61,227 nt of DNA from NCBI GenBank assembly GCA_964497435.1, contig CAZCCD010000005.1, positions 46,214-107,440 on the forward strand, read 5' to 3'. Position numbers and translations under genes: made by a program. The notes below the pieces were generated by a model. The model was not told the DNA's origin, searched no databases, and saw only the letters and a list, made by a program, of their open reading frames with translations. Of this stretch, positions 54,772 through 61,227 are shown one piece after another. Position 1 is the stretch's first letter; each line of letters opens with the position of its first letter. Origin of the DNA: Candidatus Woesearchaeota archaeon. Lineage in GTDB: Archaea > Nanobdellota > Nanobdellia > Pacearchaeales > GW2011-AR1.

Positions 54772-56184
54772 ATGAGTTTTATTTTTTATGATCTGGCTTT
54801 ATTAATCATTTTTATATTATGTGTCTCTCTGTTTCTTAAAAAAAATAAACATAATATAAAAAAAGAAGGACTCTTACTTCTTTACAAAACTGGGTGGGGC
54901 ATAAAATTAATAAATAAAATAGGAAACAAATACAAAAAAACACTAAAATCACTAAGTTATCTCTCTGTCATTCTTGGGTATTTGTTGACTATCGGAATGA
55001 TTTATCTTGTTTATACTATTATGAAGATTTATTTATTCAGGCCAGAAATTGTTAGTCAGATAAGGGTTCCTCCAATAATGCCTTTAATACCTTATATAGA
55101 CCGGGTTGTTACATTTTTGCCGCCTTTTTACTTTACATATTGGATAGTTATTCTTGCAGTTATAGCAATAAGCCATGAACTAGCTCATGGAATTTTTGCA
55201 GCTTATTATAAAGTTGGAATAAAAAAGACTGGTTTTGGTTTTTTCCCTTTTTTCTTACCTGTTTTCCTTGCAGCCTTTGTTGAATTAGATGAAAAGCAAA
55301 TGGCAAAGAAAAAGAACTTTAATCAAAGAGCAATATTGTCGGCAGGAACTTTTGCAAATGTCTTAACAGCTATTCTATTCTTAGTAGTTTTATGGATGTT
55401 TTTCTCTTCAACGTTCACTGCAGGGGGTGTTGTCTTTAATGATTATTCTTACTCAATAGTTCCAATAGGTTCTATAACAATGGTCAATGGAATTGCTGTT
55501 GCTAATCCTTCGTATGAAAGCCTTGAGAAAATAATGAAGGATGCTGATTTTAATGACATAAGGGCTGATGGAAAAAAATATCTTGGTATTAAAGGGTTTA
55601 GTGAAAATAAGAGTTTAGTTGCTTTATATGACGATGCGCCTGCGATTAATGCAAAATTAAACGGAGCAATAACAGAGATAAATGGAGAAAAAGTAAAAAA
55701 TATTAATGAACTTGGAAAAGTTCTGGAAAAATATGAGCCTGGAGATAAAATAATTGTAAGGACAGAAAGAAGGAATAATGTAACTAATTATGAAATTACC
55801 CTAGGAGAAAACCCTCAAAAGCCAGGAAATGCTTGGATTGGAATAATCTTGGTTGCTGAAAAACCAAGTGGTTTAGGAGGGAAAATTACTTCATTAATAT
55901 CGTCTTTCAAAGATTCAAACACATATTATGTTTCAAAAATAGGGGAGTTTGGCTGGTTCATATACTATTTATTATGGTGGTTAGTAATAATTAGTATTAG
56001 CGTTGCATTAGTTAATATGCTTCCAATGGGAATTTTTGATGGTGGGAGATTTTTCTATTTAACCATACTATCAATAACAGGAAGTGAGAGAGCTGCAAAG
56101 CATAGTTTTAAATTGCTAACAAAAATATTTTTGTTTTTGTTATTTGTATTAATGGCTTTCTGGGTTTATGCTTTGGTGAGGTGA
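54772..56184 (+). CDS. site-2 protease (M50 family) with a PDZ domain
   Basis: HELAHG zinc motif in a TM segment. PDZ-like ITEINGEKVKNINELGKVLEKYEPGDKIIV. C-terminal NMLPMGIFDGG. Confidence 0.8.
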   Translation: MSFIFYDLALLIIFILCVSLFLKKNKHNIKKEGLLLLYKTGWGIKLINKIGNKYKKTLKSLSYLSVILGYLLTIGMIYLVYTIMKIYLFRPEIVSQIRVPPIMPLIPYIDRVVTFLPPFYFTYWIVILAVIAISHELAHGIFAAYYKVGIKKTGFGFFPFFLPVFLAAFVELDEKQMAKKKNFNQRAILSAGTFANVLTAILFLVVLWMFFSSTFTAGGVVFNDYSYSIVPIGSITMVNGIAVANPSYESLEKIMKDADFNDIRADGKKYLGIKGFSENKSLVALYDDAPAINAKLNGAITEINGEKVKNINELGKVLEKYEPGDKIIVRTERRNNVTNYEITLGENPQKPGNAWIGIILVAEKPSGLGGKITSLISSFKDSNTYYVSKIGEFGWFIYYLLWWLVIISISVALVNMLPMGIFDGGRFFYLTILSITGSERAAKHSFKLLTKIFLFLLFVLMAFWVYALVR

Positions 56185-56215
56185 ATTAGTTATTAATTAT
56201 TACAAATCAATCACT

Positions 56216-56341
56216 CCTCCGACGTGTTTCACGAAGTAAACCGTCGAATTTTCTTTCCGACGTGTTTCACACGACGCCATGAAAATGGCGAAGTCATTTT
56301 CCAAAGAAAATGCCTAAAGTAAACCGTCGCAGATGGGGGCG
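56216..56341. repeat. GC-rich structured island (nested inverted plus direct repeats); candidate ncRNA or element remnant
   Basis: tccgacgtgtttcac occurs at 56218 and 56256. aagtaaaccgtcg occurs at 56234 and 56317. The arms are mutually complementary, and there is an inner hairpin cgccat-gaaa-atggcg. Confidence 0.4.
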
Positions 56342-56342
56342 A

Positions 56343-56702
56343 TTATAAATCAATAACCCCATCTTTAGTCAAAGCCGCGAATCTTATTCCTACTGGAAGA
56401 TTGATTAAAGCAGAAATTAAAGCCATGTGTTCTTTTCCATCACCACTTGCAATGCTTAAAGCAACCTCTATTCCAGAAATCTTTCCTTTAATCTTATCAG
56501 TAATTTCATTTCTAAGGTCTTTAATTTTTTTAGATAAATCAATTTTAATAAATTCGGTTTTATCTTTTTTATCTTCTATTAAAAATTTAGAGGCAAAATC
56601 ATCTCCAAGGAGAATTATCTTATCCCAATCTCCATGTTTAATCAATCCTGATACCTGCGCCCATGAGCCTTTTCCGCTTGATAATAATGCGATTAGATCC
56701 AT
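56343..56702 (-). CDS. hypothetical protein
   Basis: 119-aa ORF. The ATG is preceded by AAAAACCGTAGGTTTTTAAA. Confidence 0.5.
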   Translation of the reverse strand: MDLIALLSSGKGSWAQVSGLIKHGDWDKIILLGDDFASKFLIEDKKDKTEFIKIDLSKKIKDLRNEITDKIKGKISGIEVALSIASGDGKEHMALISALINLPVGIRFAALTKDGVIDL

Positions 56703-56864
56703 TTTAAAAACCTACGGTTTTTAATTTAAAATAAGTTAATAATTTATAAGGATTGTTGTGGTAAACTTTATAAACCAACTTTATCTTTAAATTTCAACCG
56801 TTTGAACCATATCGTTACAAGATACATTCTAGACTTGCAGCGCAGAAAATGGGAGGTTGTAATA

Positions 56865-57494
56865 ATGGACTTGAAAGAAGAATTAAAAAAAGCCCTAGAT
56901 ACATTAAAGGCTGAAAAACAAAGAAAATTTGATCAGACAGTTGACTTAATTGTAAATCTACAAAAATTCAATATAAAAAAGGATTCTGTGAATTTATTTG
57001 TTCAAGTGCCATTTAAAATCAAAGACAAAAAAATTGCTGGTTTTTTTGAATCTAAAAAACAAGGTATTTATACAATCACACAAGAAGAATTCAAAAAGTA
57101 TTCTGACAAAAAGGAATTGAAAAAACTCGTAAAAAAATTTGATTTCTTTATTTCAGAAGCAGGTTTAATGCCAAAAGTGGCAACAGTTTTTGGTAAAGTC
57201 CTTGGACCAGTAGGGAAAATGCCTTCTCCACAATTAGGAATAATAATGGATAATGATGACAATACTAGAGAGGTTTTGAAGGAGAGGGTTAATAAAAGTA
57301 TTAGAATAAGGACAAAAGAATCAAGTATAAAAGTGCCTATAGGAAAACAAAGTATGAAAGATGAAGAAATAATAGAAAATATAATGGCCGTTTATAATTC
57401 TCTTACTATCTCGCTTCCAAAACAAAAAGACAACATAAAAAATCTTGAAATTAAATTCACGATGACCAAACCAGTTAAGATAAATGTAAGATGA
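56865..57494 (+). CDS. rpl1: ribosomal protein L1
   Basis: MDLKEELKKALDTLK... and GKVLGPVGKMPSP. GGGAGGT SD lies 7 nt upstream. The upstream TTG extension was rejected. Confidence 0.85.
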   Translation: MDLKEELKKALDTLKAEKQRKFDQTVDLIVNLQKFNIKKDSVNLFVQVPFKIKDKKIAGFFESKKQGIYTITQEEFKKYSDKKELKKLVKKFDFFISEAGLMPKVATVFGKVLGPVGKMPSPQLGIIMDNDDNTREVLKERVNKSIRIRTKESSIKVPIGKQSMKDEEIIENIMAVYNSLTISLPKQKDNIKNLEIKFTMTKPVKINVR

Positions 57495-58387
57495 AACCTA
57501 AAGCAAGAGTATCAAAGAAGAAAGTCAAAGAAGTAGAATCATTAATTGATTTAATAAAAGGAAAGAAGACAATATTAATAGCTTCAATAAAAAATATTCC
57601 TGCCTCTCAATTTCAGGAAATTAGTAAAAAGTTAAGAGGAAAGGCTATAATTAAAGTTCCTAAAAAGAATTTGGTTTTTAGAGCCATAGACGATTCCGAA
57701 AAAAAAGAACTTGAAGAATTAAAAGAATATTTTTTAGATAATTCAGCGATACTTTTTTCAGATTTAGAGACTTATGATCTTGCGACTGAGTTAATAAAGA
57801 ACAAAATTCCTGCAAAGGCAAAGCCAGGACAAGAAGCTCCTCAAGACATAGAAATTCAAGAAGGGCCTACTGATTTAGTTCCAGGGCCTGCAATCTCTGA
57901 GTTAGGTGCTTTAGGAATTCAAATACAAATAGAAAAAGGAAAGATTCATATTAAAGCATCAAAAGTCATAGCAAAAAAAGGAGAAAAAATATCAAAGGCT
58001 GCTGCCGAATTTATGACTAAACTTGACATAAAACCTTTTTCAATTGGTTTTGTACCATTAGTATCCTATGATACAAAAGAAAACAAAATTTATCTTGAAA
58101 TAAAAATAGACCCTGAAAAAGTAATTAAAGAAATTAAAGAAGCATATTCAAGGGCTTTGGCATTTGCTGTTGAAATAGCATATACAAGCAAAGACACAAT
58201 TAAATTTTTGTTGATGAAGGCTGCAAGGCAGGAAAAGGTTATTAGTTCTTTGATAAAAATTGATGATAACAAAGGTAAAAAAGATGTTAATATGCAATCA
58301 TTTGAGGATATTAATAATAAAGGTAGTGGGGTAGATGGTGGAATTAGCAATCAAACTTCTGAATTAAATTTTAGGGAGGTTAAATAA
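57491..58387 (+). CDS. rpl10: ribosomal stalk protein P0 (uL10)
   Basis: ATGA overlap with L1. [21 protein letters not shown] and [13 protein letters not shown]. The C-terminus lacks the stalk tail motif. Confidence 0.85.
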   Translation: MKPKARVSKKKVKEVESLIDLIKGKKTILIASIKNIPASQFQEISKKLRGKAIIKVPKKNLVFRAIDDSEKKELEELKEYFLDNSAILFSDLETYDLATELIKNKIPAKAKPGQEAPQDIEIQEGPTDLVPGPAISELGALGIQIQIEKGKIHIKASKVIAKKGEKISKAAAEFMTKLDIKPFSIGFVPLVSYDTKENKIYLEIKIDPEKVIKEIKEAYSRALAFAVEIAYTSKDTIKFLLMKAARQEKVISSLIKIDDNKGKKDVNMQSFEDINNKGSGVDGGISNQTSELNFREVK

Positions 58388-58389
58388 AA

Positions 58390-58680
58390 ATGGAATATGT
58401 ATATGGTGCGTTGTTGCTGCATAAGCTAGGAAAACATATAACAGAAGAACATTTGAAGAAAGTTGTTATTGCTGCTGGTACAGATGCTGATGAATCAAAA
58501 GTTAAGTCTTTAGTAGCTAGTCTTAATGGAGTCGACATAGATAAAGAGTTAGAAAGTGCGAGTTTAGTGACTGCTGCTCCTGCACATGCAACTCATGCTG
58601 CTGAAGAGAAGAAAGAAGAAAAGAAACATGAAGAAAAAAGAGAAGCTGCGGCAGAAGGATTGTCGGCTTTATTTGGTTAG
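58390..58680 (+). CDS. rpl12: ribosomal stalk protein P1 (aL12)
   Basis: [11 protein letters not shown]... and the C-terminal EEKKEEKK...[11 protein letters not shown]. Confidence 0.85.
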   Translation: MEYVYGALLLHKLGKHITEEHLKKVVIAAGTDADESKVKSLVASLNGVDIDKELESASLVTAAPAHATHAAEEKKEEKKHEEKREAAAEGLSALFG

Positions 58681-58705
58681 GTATATTTTTGTTAGCCGAC
58701 AATCC
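58657..58705 (+). terminator. 12-bp perfect hairpin spanning the P1 stop codon
   Basis: ggattgtcggct (58657-58668) pairs with agccgacaatcc (58694-58705). 25-nt loop. Confidence 0.35.
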
Positions 58706-59088
58706 ACTCTTCGTAGTCTGAACTTTACAATTTTAAGTTGGTTAATCTAATAAACATAAATTATTTTGCTAACTTGATAATTATCTATTTCTAATGTATC
58801 TTCGTTAACATTTATCACATATTCTAACGAGCTCAGCGAGTTAGCTATTTTTTATTTTACTACAATAATATTTTAATATTTCAAATATTTTTAGCACGAA
58901 CCAAAAATTTTTATAATATGATTAATTAATATTTATATGGAATTAAAGAATATTTTTGGAATATTATCTATTTTTTCTTTTATAGCAATATTGTTTACGC
59001 CAACAAACTCAAAAGCATGGGTTTGGTTTTTAATTATAGGAGTTATCTTTGGATTTTTGTGGTGGAAGAAGAAATAAAATTTTGATAC

Positions 59089-59187
59089 GCCTCTGTAGCT
59101 CAGTTAGTTTTAGAGCAGTTGCTTCGTAAAATAATAATTTAAAAACGAAACAGCAAAAGGTCATGGGTGCAAATCCCATCAGGGGCT
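59089..59187 (+). tRNA. tRNA-Thr(CGU) with a 23-nt intron at 37/38
   Basis: Acceptor GCCTCTG/CAGGGGC, D arm GCTC..GAGC, loop TTCGTA^A, variable AGGTC, T arm ATGGG-TGCAAAT-CCCAT, discriminator T, followed by T7. Intron 59129-59151. There is a G-A mismatch at 27-43. Confidence 0.7.
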
Positions 59188-59296
59188 TTTTTTGAAGACA
59201 AAGTGGAATTCTGGAGTTCGGATGTGAGAGTGCTGGATGGGTTTGAGAAAATGAAATAGACGTAACATTTATAATTATTAGGACCGTAGTAATAAA

Positions 59297-59539
59297 ATGA
59301 AATTTTGGGATAGATATAAACAAAAGTTAAATGATGAAATAACTGGAAATGATTATAAAAAACTCTCAAAACCAGACAAAAAAGCTTTCTTGGTGAAAAA
59401 AATAAATGACCATAAACAAACAATGTGGATTGGTATTATTTTATGTTTTACTATTGTGGGGGCAATTATTGGGTTACCCATAGCGATAATAGGTCATGAA
59501 TTAAAGAGCAAGAAAGAACAAGAATTAGCAAAATTATAG
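59297..59539 (+). CDS. small membrane protein
   Basis: 80 aa with one TM segment, MWIGIILCFTIVGAIIGLPIAIIG. Confidence 0.4.
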   Translation: MKFWDRYKQKLNDEITGNDYKKLSKPDKKAFLVKKINDHKQTMWIGIILCFTIVGAIIGLPIAIIGHELKSKKEQELAKL

Positions 59540-59583
59540 TAAAATGAATAAATCTTTAAAAAGAGTATGTGCGTAGTTTTTTC

Positions 59584-60333
59584 ATGATACAAAATCTAAA
59601 ATTATTTCTTTGTGGATTCTTAATGGTTGTATTTATTGGAATCACAACTGCAGAACAGGTTTGCGAAGCATACGATGATTTTTCTTCTGGAAGTTTAGAT
59701 ACAAATAAATGGGAAATTAGACAAGATGTAGAAGGACAACCATTTATGGATGAATATGGGGTTTTAAACGAGAGTGGATTTGTTTTTCACACCCAACAAA
59801 ATATCATCGAGGATAGAAGAGTTTACTTGTTTCCGAAAAGAACCTTTACAACAGGAGACACTTTGAATTATGATGTTAATTTAATCTCAAGAGAAGGAAC
59901 TTATGCTAATATGGTTTTGCTTACTGGAGGCCAATACATCAGAATTGGGATGAGGGGAACATCTGCAGGATTTGACGAGTTAGGAGTTGCTCACATGCAA
60001 TTAGAATTTCAAGAAAATAATTTACATATTTTAAGAGAAACTCCTTCTGGAAGTGTTTTAGTTGATGATTTAACTTTAACTAATTCTAATGGAACTTACG
60101 AATTTTATATAGGGAGTTTTTCAGGTAGTAACGGAGCAGTTCACATGGATTACGATAACTTTGTCGTATGTGTAAATCAACCAGATATAAATTTAGAAGA
60201 AAGGGTTGAAATGCTAGAACAAAGAGTAAATGAGTTAGAAAACAGAACAAGTTTATTAGAATCAATTGTGAATAAAATTGTTGACTTTATCAATGCTATT
60301 CCTGAAGGATTAAGAAAAGATTGGGTTTATTAA
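59584..60333 (+). CDS. secreted ConA/LamG-like protein with a C-terminal coiled coil
   Basis: The ATG at 59584 gives the signal MIQNLKLFLCGFLMVVFIGI. DDFSSGSLDTNKWEI motif. LEERVEMLEQRVNELENRTSLLE. Confidence 0.5.
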   Translation: MIQNLKLFLCGFLMVVFIGITTAEQVCEAYDDFSSGSLDTNKWEIRQDVEGQPFMDEYGVLNESGFVFHTQQNIIEDRRVYLFPKRTFTTGDTLNYDVNLISREGTYANMVLLTGGQYIRIGMRGTSAGFDELGVAHMQLEFQENNLHILRETPSGSVLVDDLTLTNSNGTYEFYIGSFSGSNGAVHMDYDNFVVCVNQPDINLEERVEMLEQRVNELENRTSLLESIVNKIVDFINAIPEGLRKDWVY

Positions 60334-60350
60334 AAGATTTATATTAGATA

Positions 60351-60500
60351 CGCCCCCGCCAGGAATCGAACCTGGAAGCCCGTAAGGGCCCAGTTTACTT
60401 GTTAACTTACTTTTCTCTCTAATTTAGGAAAGATAGCATTAGGAAAACCTAGATTTTCCACAAACTCAAGACTGGCGCAATACCATTATGCGACGGAGGC
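60351..60500 (-). tRNA. tRNA-Ser(UGA), type II, with a 69-nt intron
   Basis: Acceptor GCCTCCG/CGGGGGC, 3-bp D stem, anticodon stem CCAGT/ACTGG, loop CTTGAG^A, long variable arm GCCC-TTAC-GGGC, T arm CCAGG-TTCGATT-CCTGG. Intron 60396-60464. Confidence 0.75.
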
Positions 60501-60641
60501 ATAGTGAAACGAAGCCAAGTCGTACTCTCTTAAAGGAGAGGTTGTGAGAGCGATTTTGTTTGGACAAAATCTCACTAATCCGCAACCAAACAAGGTCGCG
60601 AATTAAGGGGAACCTTGGTTCCTCACATATGCGACGGAGGC
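60487..60641. repeat. 14-nt direct repeat (tatgcgacggaggc) duplicating tRNA-Ser nt 1-14, flanking a 127-nt hairpin-rich GC-richer spacer
   Basis: Copies at 60487-60500 and 60628-60641. The spacer contains four hairpins (60525-60540, 60544-60575, 60581-60600, 60607-60624). Confidence 0.85.
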
Positions 60642-60723
60642 TTTTTCTTCGAAAAAGCGTTCAATAAATTGAACAAAGATTTTTACAAAATCTTTCTGCT
60701 GCATATTTTTCTAAAGAAAAATA
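60641..60723. repeat. four contiguous perfect palindromes
   Basis: ctttttc-ttc-gaaaaag, gttcaat-aa-attgaac, aaagatttt-tac-aaaatcttt, tatttttct-aa-agaaaaata. Confidence 0.75.
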
Positions 60724-60944
60724 CACAGAGGCTTATGATATAAGAATTAAATAATAGGTTTTAAAGGTTACGATAATAAAAATTGCTCGCTCGTAAACTC
60801 GCTCGAAATTGATAAATAGTTAATATAAAAATAATTAGTAAAGTAATATTATGTATCTAAGAGCAAATTATATTAAATTAACAATACTATAAATTTCAAA
60901 CAGAATAAGAAAATTATAAGATTTAAAGAAACAAAGATTTTGGC

Positions 60945-61227
60945 TTACAGTCCAAAAAATCTTCTCCACCAAGATTTCTGAACTTCAACAGATTGTGTTT
61001 CTTCAGGTACAACCTCATATTTTATCTCTGGTTTATTTTTAAGGACAGGTGCTTCATCAGCCAATTCTTTAGTTGCTGACTTTATTGCTTCCTCGACAAA
61101 GACTCTCGAATATCCTTGCTTTACTAGAGCCCATCTTAGAGATTCTATGGTGTATCCTTTCTTAAGATTTTTTTTAAAATAATTTTTTAATTTTCTCTTA
61201 TACTCAGCTATACAATAGCAAGACTTT
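60945..61227 (-). CDS. 3' part of an ORF running off the window edge (hypothetical)
   Basis: Open minus-strand frame to TAA (60945-60947). ...GYTIESLRWALVKQGYSRVFVEEAIKSA...WWRRFFGL. Confidence 0.4.
   Translation of the reverse strand, partial: KSCYCIAEYKRKLKNYFKKNLKKGYTIESLRWALVKQGYSRVFVEEAIKSATKELADEAPVLKNKPEIKYEVVPEETQSVEVQKSWWRRFFGL

Noticed and set aside
56218-56270. Possible CRISPR array (a 15-nt repeat at 38-nt spacing).
   Set aside because: There are only two copies, the repeat is too short, and the arms are explained by a nested hairpin structure. No cas genes are in the window.
56802-56864. N-terminal extension of L1 from the TTG at 56802.
   Set aside because: The ATG at 56865 is preceded by GGGAGGT at proper spacing, and MDLKEELKKAL is a typical L1 N-terminus. 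The extension has no homology-like character.
59030-59423. ORFs 59030-59323 and 59139-59423 (minus strand).
   Set aside because: They overlap the intron-containing tRNA-Thr and its T-tract. Their translations are hydrophobic or low-complexity and they have no start context.
60501-60627. Independent tRNA or Nanoarchaeum-style split tRNA half in the spacer upstream of tRNA-Ser.
   Set aside because: After the duplicated 14 nt I could not build a cloverleaf. No matching 3' acceptor strand (CGGAGGC or CGGGGGC) or CCAGT-type anticodon stem is present in the spacer.

Overview
AT-rich (about 30% GC by eye) archaeal chromosome segment. Gene content suggests a small-genome, DPANN-like archaeon. The evidence is archaeal information-processing genes (PCNA, a fused PriS-PriL primase, Spt5, SecE, RpoP, aIF5A, ribosomal proteins L11, L1, P0, P1, L37Ae and L40e), FtsZ plus SepF, an MJ0822-type S-layer protein, a mini archaeosortase, and three tRNA genes that all carry introns. 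No rRNA, CRISPR array or transposase/integrase gene was found. There are three zones. (1) 2.7-10.5 kb is an accessory island of toxin-antitoxin-like pairs plus an HD hydrolase and an orphan AAA+ ATPase. (2) 11-45 kb is dominated by cell-surface genes. These include two convergent Cys-rich surface proteins, the S-layer gene, and a 17-kb same-strand cluster (19.5-36.7 kb). That cluster holds seven pilin-like (class III signal-like) proteins interleaved with giant cysteine-rich secreted proteins, one dockerin-bearing 1302-aa protein and an internally duplicated module. I consider it the best candidate for an undescribed surface appendage or adhesion system. (3) 45-61 kb is core housekeeping. Independently of the genes, the window carries a family of short, GC-richer, hairpin-rich inserts bracketed by 13-28 nt direct duplications. 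Three of them sit exactly at start codons (L11, L37Ae, a secreted protein) and one lies in frame inside the HD gene. Other oddities are an in-frame TGA splitting a conserved surface-protein gene, a duplicated tRNA-Ser 5' end with a structured 127-nt spacer, and four back-to-back palindromes.
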